Positions 39,081 through 52,670 of a DNA stretch of 64,000 nt are shown here, piece after piece. The notes under the pieces were generated by a model that did no database searches, had not been told where the DNA came from, and saw nothing but the letters and a program-made list of their open reading frames with translations. The stretch lies in assembly GCA_964016885.1 (NCBI GenBank), contig OZ024766.1, positions 15,810,001 through 15,874,000 of the forward strand, written 5' to 3'. The stretch is from Eledone cirrhosa. Taxonomy: Eukaryota. The stretch's first letter is position 1; each line of letters begins with the position of its first letter. The position numbers were made by a program, and so were the translations under genes.

Positions 39081-39611
39081 AGGAAGATTTCTTGTAACTA
39101 ATTAAAAATTAAAATAATTTGATTTTTCAATAAAAAGTTTCTAGGGTTTATAGATGTAAAGTTTCCACTGTTAAATCTATCTCTGCTTCTTAAGTATTCT
39201 CTATTATCTCATACTGTTTCTTTTTCATTTCAGAATATCAGATGACATTGGGATAAATTATTATTTTCAATCTTGGATACATCACCTCTATTTATCATCA
39301 TTTGAAGATTAAAACTTTTTAAACAGAACTTATATAACACTGTTTATATAAATCTATCAGAATTACTGTGATATATTTCCTCAGAACTGAGTTTAAAGAC
39401 AAAATTCCTTTTCTTCACAGTGTGGTATATATATGGGAGATATATTTTGTATTTTAACTCAGCTTCAATGACAAAGAAGTTTGATCATTTCAGATATTAA
39501 CTGAGATCATAATTGAGGGAAATATAACAGAAGTAATATTTTTTAGGAATATAATATAAAAAATATTAAAGAATAACATCTGTAAATTCTGCCAAGGGAA
39601 GAAGAATTATT

Positions 39612-41225
39612 ATGGAAAATATATTGAGTGAAAAGAAGATTAAATGTGAAACAATGTCTAAAGATATGGCTATTACAGAAGAGATGTCAAAGGATAGAGG
39701 AGAGAAGCCATATCACTGTGATGTCTGTGGTAAATCATTCTCTGTTAGGAGTAAATTAACTAGTCACAAACGTACCCATACAGGAGAGAAGCCATATAAC
39801 TGTGATATCTGTGATAAATCATTCTCTGAAAGTGGTACCTTAACTATACACAAACGTATACATACAGTAGAGAAGTCATATCACTGTGATATCTGTGGTA
39901 AATCATTCTTTGTTAATGGTAATTTAACAAGACACAAACGTACACATACAGGAGAGAAGCCATACCACTGTGATATCTGTGGTAAATCATTCTCTCGAAG
40001 TAGTCACTTAACTGGCCACAAACGGACACATACGGGTGAGAAGCCATATCGCTGTTTTATCTGTGGTAAATCATTCTCTCTAAGTAGTATATTAACTTTT
40101 CACGTACGTACCCATACAGGTGACAAACCATATCACTGTGATATCTGTGGTAAATCATTCTCTCGAAATAATATATTAACTTGTCACATACGTACCCATA
40201 CAGGAGACAAGCCATATCACTGTGATATCTGTGGTAAATCATTCTCTCGAAGTAGTAAATTAACTAACCACATGCATATACATATAGGTGAGAAACCATA
40301 TCGCTGTGATATTTGTGGTAAATCATTCTCTCGAAATAATACATTAACTTGTCACATACGTACCCATACAGGAGACAAGCCATATCACTGTGATATCTGT
40401 GGTAAATCATTCTCTCTAAGTAGTATATTAACTTTTCACGTATGTACCCATACAGGTGACAAACCATATCACTGTGATATCTGTGGTAAATCATTCTCTC
40501 GAAATAATATATTAACTTGTCACATACGTACCCATACAGGAGACAAGCCATATCACTGTGATATCTGTGGTAAATCATTCTCTCAAAGTGGTCACTTAAC
40601 TAGCCACAAACGTACCCATACAGTAGAGAAACCATATCGCTGTGATATCTGTGGTAAATCATTCTTTGTTAATAGTAAATTAACTAGACACAAACGTGTA
40701 CATACAGTAGACAAGCCATATCACTATGATATCTGTGGTAAATCATTCTCTGATAGTGGTAGCTTAACTAGCCACAAACGTATACATATAAGAGAGAAGC
40801 CATATCACTGTGATATCTGTGGTAAATCATTCTCTCAAAGTCCTGGCTTAACTAGGCACAAACGTATACATACAGGAGACAAGCCATATCACTGTGATAT
40901 CTGTGGTAAATCATTCTCTCAAAGTCCTGGCTTAACTAGGCACAAACGTATACATACAGGAGAGAAGCCATATCACTGTGATATCTGTGGTAAATCATTC
41001 TCTGAAAGTGGTAACTTAACTAGCCACAAACGTATACATACAGGAGAGAAGCCATATCACTGTGATATCTGTGGTAAATCATTCTCTGAAAGTGGTAACT
41101 TAACTAGCCACAAACGTATACATACAGGTGAGAAGCCACATCACTGTGATATCTGTGGTAAATCATTCTCTCAATTAAGTAGTTTAACTAGACACAGATA
41201 TACCCATACAGGTAAGAAACCATAA
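39612..41225 (+). CDS. Tandem C2H2 zinc-finger protein, 18 finger units, one with Cys to Tyr (ZNF-4)
   Basis: 537-aa ORF; finger 13 reads YHYDIC (tat at 40725). Confidence 0.95.
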   Translation: MENILSEKKIKCETMSKDMAITEEMSKDRGEKPYHCDVCGKSFSVRSKLTSHKRTHTGEKPYNCDICDKSFSESGTLTIHKRIHTVEKSYHCDICGKSFFVNGNLTRHKRTHTGEKPYHCDICGKSFSRSSHLTGHKRTHTGEKPYRCFICGKSFSLSSILTFHVRTHTGDKPYHCDICGKSFSRNNILTCHIRTHTGDKPYHCDICGKSFSRSSKLTNHMHIHIGEKPYRCDICGKSFSRNNTLTCHIRTHTGDKPYHCDICGKSFSLSSILTFHVCTHTGDKPYHCDICGKSFSRNNILTCHIRTHTGDKPYHCDICGKSFSQSGHLTSHKRTHTVEKPYRCDICGKSFFVNSKLTRHKRVHTVDKPYHYDICGKSFSDSGSLTSHKRIHIREKPYHCDICGKSFSQSPGLTRHKRIHTGDKPYHCDICGKSFSQSPGLTRHKRIHTGEKPYHCDICGKSFSESGNLTSHKRIHTGEKPYHCDICGKSFSESGNLTSHKRIHTGEKPHHCDICGKSFSQLSSLTRHRYTHTGKKP

Positions 41226-43338
41226 CAAAGTCATATCTCATTGTCTCAAAATTGTAAATAAATTATACACAAATACATTCATATGAGTGAGAAGCCATAC
41301 CACTGTGATATTGTGGAGAAATTATTCTCTTGTATTGCTACATTAACTACATACAAACATAAATATATACTGGAGAAAAGCCATTTTACTGTGATATCTG
41401 GGGGAAATTGTTATCTATAAAAGCTAGCTTAACTAGACAGAAACATATACATACAGGAGAGAAACCATATCACTGTGATATCTGTGGGAAATCATTCTCT
41501 GAAATAAGTCACTTCACTCAGCATTAACAATTACAGAAAAGGGACCATATCACTGTGATATCTGCAGTAAATCATTCTCTAAATATTGTGGCTTCACTAC
41601 ACACTAACATATACAGGAGAGGAACCATATCACTGATATCTGCAGTAAATCATTCTCTAAATGTGGCTTCACTAGACACTAACATATACAGGAGAGGAAC
41701 TATATCACTGTGATGTCTGTGGTAAATCCTTCTCTAAATTTTGAGGCTTCCCTACACACTAACATATACAGGAGAGGAACCATATCACTGTGTTGTCTGT
41801 GGTAAATCATTTTCTAAATGTTGTGGTACCAACATAAGGTTACTTAATGTAACAGAAACACAATCAGACAAGATAAAAACGATATCACTCACCCAAAATA
41901 GTGCCACCAATGTTGTTAATGTTTTGAATAAAACTTGTTTGTTCTGAAATTATTCTCCTTTCATTTTATTAGTAGAAGTTGTAACCAAGACTTATGCTGA
42001 CAAATCTGTATGGTACAGAATTTACAAACACTGTATATTTTTGTGCCAAAACATCTATGATCTCGGTTTACAGCTGATGAAGGGTTTATTTTCTCCTTTT
42101 ATCCATATTACCATCTTAAACTTTGTTTACAGTAACCACACAGATCCTTTCGTTTCTTATAATTTTATATATATATGACAAAGGAAGGGTGGTAAAGAAC
42201 CAGATGGACCATATACGCACCAGAGTACTCAATACTTAGGGTAGTAGAGCGGGTAATAGGAAAATGTTTAACCCCGACGGCAGAACTCAATCCGTTTCGA
42301 CGGCTATTTCTGGAAACAGTCCAGAAATAACCGTCGAAATGGCTTGAGCTCTGCCGTCGGTGTTAAACATTTTCCTATATATATATATATATATATATAT
42401 GTATGAGTGTATATGTCAGTGTGTAGAAGTTTCTGTCCATGAAAATGATTATCTTTATTTGTGTATATGTGTGTGTGTGTATATGTATGTGTATGTTTAT
42501 ATGTGTTCTTATATACATGTGTGCACATCTTGATATATTTTCAGTGTCTGTTCTAGTTCTCAGAGTACAAATCCTACTGAGGTAAAGTTGCTTCGATATT
42601 TTGAGGCCAATAAATGAAATACCAGTGAAATACTGGGGTGGTTAATTCCTCTTCTTTGTCATTGTCTGTTTGTCTACTCTTCTCTTTCTCTGTATATATA
42701 TATATATATATCCAAAATTTAGATAAATAAAATTAATCTATATCAAATTATGGGTGTCATGCCAGAAAGACATGCGCCATATCACTCGTAAAATAAGCCC
42801 CATGGAGCTTATTTTATTAGTGATATGGCGCCTGTCTTATTGGCATGACACCCATGATTCGATTCAGATTAATTTTATTTTAATTTATCTTAATTTTGGA
42901 AATATATATATAAATACGGCCTCTTAATTGTAGAGCTAACTCTGTTGAAAGAACCTGACTGCTGTTTCTAGTTGTCAATAACCCTATTCACGCCACTGGG
43001 ACGAAGCTGGTATGATGTGTTTATTTTTAGTAAATACAGCACGTGTTACTGGTCAGTCGCTGATTTGAACTTGATGCGTAAACACAGATGGTTGGACTTC
43101 TTCCTGGTTGAGAATCCAAGATCTGGCTACTGTCGTTTACCAATCGATTAATTGGTGAAATATATTTCTTTAATGGAATATATACAAGGAAGATTAATCA
43201 TTTTCTAAGGTATCTATTTTTGAAGTTCTAGTTAAACTTTATTTAGTTACCTACCTAGCTATGTGTGCTTACACACTTTTACAAATTATCCCCTGTGATT
43301 GTTTCATATGTTTATTTATATGTCAATCAATTTCTAGT

Positions 43339-43378
<40 letters not shown>

Positions 43379-43734
43379 GTGGAAAAGTAAAATATAGCAG
43401 AACAGACCGTTAAAAGATGTTTATTTAAAATAGCACCTATGTAATGAAGACATGACAAATTGTCCTCGCGCTCTCTCTATATTTATAGAAAAGGTGAAGT
43501 TGGAAATAGCACGGAAAATATATTTTAAGGGTCTGTTTTTCTGTTATTTATCTTTTGATTCGTCAAAGTGACATTATTGAAAAAATGGGAGGGACATCAT
43601 CATTCATCATCATTTCATTTCACGTCCGCATTTTCCCTGCTTGCAAGGGTGGGACAGGAACTGATTGTTGCTTGATTTCTACAGATGGATGCCCTTCCTA
43701 ACGCCAACCTCATTTACAGAGAGTGCTGGGTGTT

Positions 43735-44886
43735 GTCATGTTGAATATTTTTCATGATGTTGTGGTAGGCATATTTCTGGTCATCCACCAGTCAAGGTTT
43801 ATTTTCATCCACAAACTTACGCAACACTTCAATATCATGGTTTGTCTCCTGAAAAACTGATTGTATTACCTCAATTTCTTCTGGCTCTGGCATCCTGCAT
43901 TGCTGTAATTCAATGGGACAGGTTGCACAGAGCTTGATTGTAAATCTTGGAGGTAGATTCCACATAAATATTGCTATAACGTCTTTGGGCTACGTGTAGA
44001 TAGTCGTCTGACATATTGTTTTTGTGCTCCTGCCAGGGACGATGAGATTTATTCCACATGCTGTGAGTATAGTAGCAAACAACTGTCTTAGTTAACTGGC
44101 TACTCCAGTGACTGCTCCTTCTAGTCCCTTCTTCCAATGTCAGTTGTCATACAGGTGTCCATGGCTGTCTTATTTAACTGGCTACTCCAGTGACTGCTCC
44201 TTTTAGTCCCTTCTTCCAATGTCAGTTGCAATACAGGAGTCCATGGCTGTCTTATTTAACTGGCTACTCCAGTGACTGCTCCTTCTAGTCTCTTCTTCCA
44301 ATGTCAATTGTCATACAGGAGTCCATGGCTGTCTTATTTAACTGGCTACTCCAGTGACTGCTCCTTCTAGTCTCTTCTTCCAATCTCAGTTGTCATACAG
44401 AAGTCCATGGCTGTCTTATTTAACTGGCTACTCCAGTGACTGCTCCTTCTAGTCTCTTCTTCCAATATCAATTGCCATGCAGAATTTGATGTTCTTTAGA
44501 TGCTTCTTGTTATTTGCTGCACTCTGCCACCAAATCACCTGAGATCCTCAAATGATGTTGGTCCTTGAACAATATGCAGAAGTGGCTGTAAATAAAAACT
44601 CTCTCTGTTGTTGGGGTGGTCATTGTAAACATGCCCAATAGCATCACTTGTCTTGACTTCATCACCTTCCACTAAATGACCCTGCTTCCTTTGATTCCAA
44701 GTCTTACAATTGGTCCAGGTGTAGTATTTTGGGATGTCAGCATATAGGAGGGATCGAACAAATTCTTTATTCTGGCAGTGTTTCAAAAAAGCAGTTAGAG
44801 TAGTGTCAGGTGGTGCTGGTGTCAACTGATGAGCAGTGGTTTCAGTGAAGTACACACTCTGTCCATTTTCTATATGTATAGAGATA
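43735..44886 (-). mobile_element. Helitron Rep/helicase relic, unit 5
   Basis: ORFs 43910..44137(-) and 44535..44900(-). Confidence 0.87.
44083..44474. repeat. 82-bp minisatellite array, unit 5 (about 5 copies)
   Basis: Same monomer over about 0.39 kb. Confidence 0.95.
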
Positions 44887-47002
44887 AGGATGAAAAGCAA
44901 AGTTAATCCCTCAGAGGTTAGCTTTGCCTTTCATCCCTACGGGGTCGGTAAAATAAAGTACCAGTAATGTACTGGGGTATTGCTGGCCTTGTGCCTAATG
45001 TAGAAACAATTATTACAGGGTCGATAAAATATAGTACCAGTAATGCACTGGCGTATTTACTGGCCTTGTGCCTAAAGTAGAAACAATTATTACGGGGTCG
45101 ATAAAATAATGTACCAGTAATACACTAGGGTAATTGCTGGCCTTGTGCCAAAAGTAGAAACAATTATCACATTTCTTTTTAATAAATCACATCACTATAG
45201 AATTAAATACGACTGGAACTGTGTGTCAAGGTATTAAATTATGTCAGGGACTTTTAACGTTTGACACCGGTACGAGAGTTGAAACATTCGCTAAGACACC
45301 GAGTACTTGCTGTCTTCATTATAACTTTAATTAATCTAATTATATCTTGTGTAACAATTATATATATATACACACACACAATTTTAATTCCTCGACATCA
45401 GTCTTACACTGTCATATATATTCTTACTTTACAATTGTGTCTACTAAGAGTTCCATTACAATCTGTAGTAGTAAAACTACTATTTCACCAGAATATCTGC
45501 TATCAGTCATTTATAGACAATATATATATTTTAGACCACATATCCACCTAATATATATATATTTCCTATCAAATCTGTAGCTAAAGACATAAAGTCAGCC
45601 TCACTACTTCATTCTGACAAGATATCAATTTATGACTAAAGATGAAGAAGATACACCAACGTTAATGTCGTGAAATAAAGCTGATCACATTGAAACTTCT
45701 AATTTGATAACAAAGAGATTATTTCTTTGGTTGTTTAGTAACAACTAACAACACAATACATTAATTATATGCGAAGGAGGTAAGTTGACAAAGATTTACT
45801 TAATGTCTATATTAATGTGTGTAAATAATATAATTATGTGACCCCTACAACGCACCAGTAATTAACCAGATTCCACTGTTCCATGTGATATAAAATATAT
45901 TGTTATGACTGTCTTTATTATTTAAATTACCTCCGTCTATTTAATTATCTAGTTCACTACCTTACATTATAAAATATAGTTTATATTTAGCTGTACCTTG
46001 TTATTGTTTTAAGTAAATTAAATTTATATTTATTATTTAAATTACCCCGTCAATTTAATTATCTTGTTCACTACCTTACATTATAAAATATAGTTTATAT
46101 TTAGCTGTACCTTGTTATTGTTTTAAGTAAATTAAAGCTATATTTATTATTTAAATTACCCCCGTCAATTTAATTATATGGTTCACTACCTTACATTATA
46201 AAATATAGTTTATATTTAGCTGTACCTTGTCATTGCTTTAAGTAAATTAAAGATATATTTATTATTTAAATTACCTCCGTCTATTTAATTATGTGGTTCA
46301 CTACCTTACATTATAAAATATAGTTTATATTTAGCTGTACCTTGTTATTGCTTTAAGTAAATTAATATTTTGTCTGTTTTAGTCTAAATCTCTTACAATT
46401 TAATTAACTTCATCTACTTATGGTTGAACATTACTTTATTGTGGGTTTCATTTTATTATAATTATGTCTGATTAGCCAGCCAAGTAGGGGTTGAGTATCT
46501 GTATTTCAGGGAACTGCTTTGATGGTGAAGGGACATCTGTTGGTGTGGGATCTCGGTGGCTGTACATAATAAGGTTCTAATACTCTAAAGAGCTAGCTGA
46601 ATAACCGTCTGATACATGTCTTGTATAGAGGATCATAAAGCCATGTATAGAAGAGCAGTCAGCAATGTCAGGATTAACATTCATTATAGTGAAGTGGCAG
46701 TATCGGTAGAGAGTCGGACACCATGCTTTGAGGCACAGAGTTACGTCCCTTTATGATCTGAGTTCAAATCCCGCCGAGGTTAACTTTGCCTTACATCCAT
46801 ACGGGGTCGATAAAATAAAGTACCAGTAATGTACTGGGTAATTGCTGGCCTTGTGTTTAAAATAGAAACAATTATAGTGAATAATTTGGAGTGTAGTCTG
46901 GTGTCCACCAGGGCTCTGTTCTTAGCCCTCACTTAGTTATTATCGTCCTGCAGCCTATAACAGAGATGTTTAAGACTGGCTGCCCATGGGAACTCCTGTA
47001 TG

Positions 47003-47556
47003 CTCAGCAGGTCCTGAAGAATGCGGTCATGTGCATTTTCCAGGTCTATAAAACGATAATATATACCTCTTAGCAATACTCCCACGATTTCTCAAAGACC
47101 TGCCACAGTGTGAATATTTGGTGGGTTATGTTGCACCCAGGGAGAAAACAGCACTATCCATCAGCTAGCTTGGACTCGCTACATCACTTTGCCAGAAACT
47201 TTGCATATACTTTACCAGGGAGTCATAACAAGGTGATCCCTCTCTATTTGGAACAATCTCTCGTGTGTCCCTTTTTATAAATTGGGATTATCACTCCCGA
47301 TTGCCTTTGCTTGAGTGCCATTTCAGAGACCCAGGCCATCTGACACACATGAGTCGGTCACATTTGAGCTCTTTAATTGCTCTTGTGACCTCAGCCTCCG
47401 AGAGATTAGTCACCGCTATCAGATTCACCTCATGTACATCCGAAGATGCTGTTGTGATCGGGTTTGGGAGATCAGCAAAGAATTCTCTCCACCTCATGAG
47501 GATCCATCTCTCTGAAGAGAAAAGAACCCCAGATGCACTCATGGTTGCAGGTGTGG
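47003..47556 (-). mobile_element. RTE-clade LINE fragment, unit 5
   Basis: ORF 47291..47542(-). Confidence 0.8.
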
Positions 47557-48091
47557 AGAAAGATTTCTTGTAACTAATTAAAAAGTAAAATAATTTGATT
47601 TTTCAATAAAAAGTTTCCAGGGTTTATAGATGTAAAATTTCCACTGTTAAATCTATCTCTGCTTCTTAAGTATACTCTATTATTTCATACTGTTTCTTTT
47701 TCATTTCAGAATATCAGATAACATTGGGATAAATTATTTTTTTCAATCTTGGATACATCACCTCTATTTATCATCATTTGAAGATTAAAACTTTTTAAAC
47801 AGAACTTATATAACACTGTTTATATAAATCTATCAGAATTACTGTGATATATTTCCTCAGAACTGAGTTTAAAGACAAAATTCCTTTTCTTCACTGTGTG
47901 GTATATATATATGAGAGATATATTTTGTATTTTAACTCAGCTTCAATGACAAAGAAGTTTGCATCATCTTCAGGTATTAACTGAGATCATAATTGAGGGA
48001 AATATAACAAAAATAATATTTTTTACGAATATAATATAAAAAATATTAAAGAATAACATCTGTAAATTCTGCCAAAGGAAGAAGAATTATT

Positions 48092-49369
48092 ATGGAAAAT
48101 AAATTGAGGGAAAAGAAGATTAAATGTGAAACAATGTCTAAAGATATGGCTATTACAGAAGAGATGTCAAAGGATAGAGGAGAGAAGCCATATCACTGTG
48201 ATGTTTGTGGTAAATCATTCTCTCGAAGTAGTAATTTAACTAGCCACATGCGTATACATACAGGTGAGAAGCCATATCACTGTGATATCTGTGGTAAATC
48301 ATTCTCTGAAAGTGGTAACTTAACTAGCCACATGCGTATACATACAGGTGAGAAGCCATATCACTGTGATATCTGTGGTAAATCATTCTTTCTTAATAGT
48401 AAATTAACTAGCCACAAACGTACACATACAGGAGAGAAGCCATATCACTGTGATATCTGTGGTAAATCATTCTCTCTAAGTAGTATATTAACTTGTCACA
48501 TCCGTACCCATACAGGTGACAAGCAATATCACTGTGATATCTGTGGTAAATCATTCTCTGAAAGTGGTAACTTAACTAGACACAAGCGTATACATACAGG
48601 AGAGAAGCCATATCACTGTGATATCTGTGGTAAATCATTCTCTTTTAGTAGTAATATAAATTCTCACATACGTACTCATACAGGAGAGAAGCCATATCAC
48701 TGTGATATCTGTGGTAAATCATTCTTTAATAATATTAGTTTAACTAGACACGAACGTACCCATTCAGGAGAGAAGCCATATCACTGTGATATCTGTGGTA
48801 AATCATTCTTTGTTAATAGTAATTTAACTAGACACAAAAGTATACATACAGGAGAGAAGCCATATCACTGTGATATCTGTGGTAAATCATTCTCTGAAAG
48901 TGGTACCTTAACTAGCCACAAACGTATACATACAGGAGACAAGCCATATCACTGTGATATCTGTGGTAAATCATTCTCTCAAAGAAGTTACTTAACTGAG
49001 CACTTACGTATCCATACAGGTGAGAAGCCATATCACTGTGATATCTGTAGTAAATCATTCTCTGATAGTGGTACCTTAACTAGCCACATACGTATACATA
49101 CAGGAGAGAAGCCATATCACTGTGATATCTGTAGTAAATCATTCTCTGAAAGTGGTACCTTAACTAGACACAAACGTATCCATACAGGAGAGAAGCCACA
49201 TCACTGTGATATCTGTGGTAAATCATTCTCTGAAAGTGGTACCTTAACTAGACACAAACGTATCCATACAGGAGAGAAGCCATACCACTGTGATATCTGT
49301 GGTATATCATTCTCTCAATTAAGTAGTTTAACTAAACACAAATATACCCATACAGGTAAGAAACCATAA
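48092..49369 (+). CDS. Tandem C2H2 zinc-finger protein, 14 fingers (ZNF-5)
   Basis: 425-aa ORF: 33-aa leader plus 14 x 28 aa. Confidence 0.95.
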   Translation: MENKLREKKIKCETMSKDMAITEEMSKDRGEKPYHCDVCGKSFSRSSNLTSHMRIHTGEKPYHCDICGKSFSESGNLTSHMRIHTGEKPYHCDICGKSFFLNSKLTSHKRTHTGEKPYHCDICGKSFSLSSILTCHIRTHTGDKQYHCDICGKSFSESGNLTRHKRIHTGEKPYHCDICGKSFSFSSNINSHIRTHTGEKPYHCDICGKSFFNNISLTRHERTHSGEKPYHCDICGKSFFVNSNLTRHKSIHTGEKPYHCDICGKSFSESGTLTSHKRIHTGDKPYHCDICGKSFSQRSYLTEHLRIHTGEKPYHCDICSKSFSDSGTLTSHIRIHTGEKPYHCDICSKSFSESGTLTRHKRIHTGEKPHHCDICGKSFSESGTLTRHKRIHTGEKPYHCDICGISFSQLSSLTKHKYTHTGKKP

Positions 49370-51422
49370 CAGAGTCATATCTCATTGTCTCAAAATTGTA
49401 AATTAATTAGACACAAATACATTCATATGAGTGAGAAGCCATACCACTGTGGTATTGTGGAGAAATAATTCTCTTGTATTGCTACATTAACTACATACAA
49501 ACATAAATATATACTGGAGAAAAGCCATATTACTGTGATATCTGTGGAAATTGTTATCTATAAAAGCTAGCTTAACTAGACACAAACATATATATACAGG
49601 AGAGAAACTATATCACTGTGATATCTGTGGGAAATCATTCTCTGAAATAAGTCACTTCACTCAGCACTAACATTTACAGAAAAGGAACCATATCACTGTG
49701 ATATCTGCAGTAAATCATTCTCTATATGTGGCTTCACTAGACACTAACATATACAGGAGAGGAACTATATCACTGTGATGTCTGTGGTAAATCCTTCTCT
49801 AAATGTTGAGAATTCCCTACACACTAACACATACAGGAGAGGAACCATATCACTGTGTTGTCTATGGTAAATCATTTTCTAAATGTTGTGGTACCAACAT
49901 AAGGTTACTTAATGTAACAGAAACACATTCAGACAAGATAAAAACCATATCACTCACCCAAAATAGTGCCACCAATGTTGTTAATGTTTTGAATAAAACT
50001 TGTTTGTTCTGAAATTATTCTCCTCTCATTTTATTAGTAGAAGTTGTAACCAAGACTTATGCTGACAAATCTGTATGGTACAGAATTTACAAACACTGTA
50101 TATATATATATATGTGCCAAAACATCTATGATCTCGGTTTACAGCTGATGAAGGGTTTATTTTCTCCTTTCATCCATATTACCATCTCAAACTTTGTTTA
50201 CAGTAACCACACAGCTCCTTTCGTTTCTTAGAATTTTATATATATATATATAACAAAGGAGGTGTGGTAAAGAACCAGATGGACCATATACACACCAGAG
50301 TACTCAATACTTACGGTAGTAGAGCGGGTAATAGGAAAATGTTTAACCCCGACGGCAGAGCTCAAACCGTTTCGACGGCTATTTCTGGAAACAGTCCAGA
50401 CATAACCGTCGAAATGGCTTGAGCTCTGCCGTCAGGGTTAAAGGTTTTCCTATATATATATATGTAAGAGTGTATATTTCAGTGTGTAGAAATTTCTGTC
50501 CATGAAAATGATTATCTTTATTTGTGTATATGTGTATATGTATATGTATGTTTTTATGTGTTCTTATATACATGTGTGCACATCTTGAAATATTTTCAGT
50601 GTCTGTTCTAGTTCTCAGAGTACAAATCCCACTGAGGTAAAGTTGCTTCGATATTTTGAGGTCAATAAATGAAATACCAGTGAAATACTGGGGTGGTTAA
50701 TTCCTCTTCTTTGTCATTGTCTGTTGTCTACTCTTGTCTTTCTCTGTATTTATATATATATATCCAAAATTAAGATAAATTAAAATAAAATTAATGTAAA
50801 TCAAATTATGGGTGTCATGCCAGAAAGACAGGCGCCATATCACTCGTAAAATAAGCTCCATGGAGCTTATTTTATGGGTGATATGGTGCATGTCTTTCTG
50901 GCATGACACCCATAATTTGATATAGAATAATTTTATTTTAATTTATCTTAATTTTGGATACATATATATATATAAGTACGGTCCCTTAATTGTAGAGCTA
51001 ACTCTGTTGAAAGGACCTGACTGCTGTTTCTAGTTGTCAATAACTCTATTCACGCCACTGGGACAAAGCTGGTATGATGTGTGTATTTTTAGTAGATACA
51101 GCACGTGTTACTGGTCAGTCGCTGATTTGAACTTGATGCGTAAACACAGATGGTTGGACTTCTTCCTGGTTGAGAATCCAAGATCTGGCTACTGTCGTTT
51201 ACCAATCGATTAATTGGTGAAATATATTTCTTTAATGGAATATATACAAGGAAGATTTATCATTTTCTAAGGTATCTATTTTTGAAGTTCTAGTTAAACT
51301 TTATTTAGTTACCTACCTAGCAATGTGTGCTTACACACTTTTACAAATTATCCCCTGTGATTGTTTCATATGTTTATTTATATTTCAATCAATTTCTAGT
51401 TGATATATATATATATATATAT

Positions 51423-51708
51423 CAGTTCAATTCTCAGACCGGGTGATGTGTTGTTTCCTTGAGCAAGACACTTTATTTCACATTGCTCCAGTTTACTCAG
51501 CTGTAGAAATGAAATGATAGGGACTGGGGTCCCTATCATTCCACTTTAAAGTGGTAGTGGAGGTGCCACGGCAAAAAAGCACCCAGCACTCACTGTAAAT
51601 GAGGTTGGTGTTAGGAAGGGCATCCAGCTGTAGTATTCAAGCCAGAATCAGTTCCCGTCTCACCCTTGCAAGCAGGGAAAAATGGACGTAAAATGAAATG
51701 ATGATGAT
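51423..51708 (+). mobile_element. 5'-truncated CORE-like SINE in (TA)n, unit 5
   Basis: Near-identical to 17777-18062 at the equivalent site. Confidence 0.82.
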
Positions 51709-52670
51709 ATATATATATATATACACGTGGAAAAGTAAAATATAGCAGAACAGACCGTTAAAAGATGTTTATTTAAAATAGCAACTATGTACATTTCACC
51801 TGGATGGGCTTCTCAAGGGTATAAATAACTAAAAAGTGTTCCTTACATGGCCCAGAATGTGTTTTTAGAGATAAGTTCACGTCAGAGTTCATTCTACGCG
51901 AAAAAGCGTGTTTTGATTTTGCAGTAGGTCAAGGGAGGTAACTCTAGCTGGTGTGAGGGCAGTCTTTCCCGGAAAATTTTTTTATCTGTTAAAAGATATG
52001 GTTACAACCCTACCATTGTCGATACGCACAGGGTCAGGTATGCAACGTTTGTTTGCTGCACCTGCCCGCCTGGGTCACTTGAAGCCATGTCTGGGATACA
52101 TGGTTAGTTTCATGATTTTTTTTGCAGCACCTGCTATATATATATATATGAGCGAGACACGGTCACCCGACCTAACTTGCTTCTACATACGACAAACCCG
52201 TCCAACCCATGCTAGCATGGAAGATAGATAATAATCGATGATGATGATATCTAGGGATTGTAACATTACCACAACAGAAGTCTGACAAGCTTTTGATTCC
52301 AGAGTCAGGCTAGATCAATACAGATCAAACCTTGAGCTGATCGATAGCAAAACGTGCTTCACTGCTCAATAAATGTAATGAAGACATGACAAATTGTCCT
52401 CTCGCACCCTCTCTCTATATATAGAGAAAAGGTGAAGTTAGAAATAGCACGGAAAATATATTTTAGGGCCTGTTTTATGTTATATATCTTTTGATTCGTT
52501 AAAGTGACCCTATTGAAAAAATGGGAGAGACATCATCATTCATCATCATTTCATTTAACGTCCACATTTTCCCTGCTTGCAAGGGTGGTACGGGAACTGA
52601 TTGTGGCTTGATTTCTAAAGATGGATGCCCTTCCTAACGCCAACCTCATTTACAGTGAGTGCTGGGTGCT

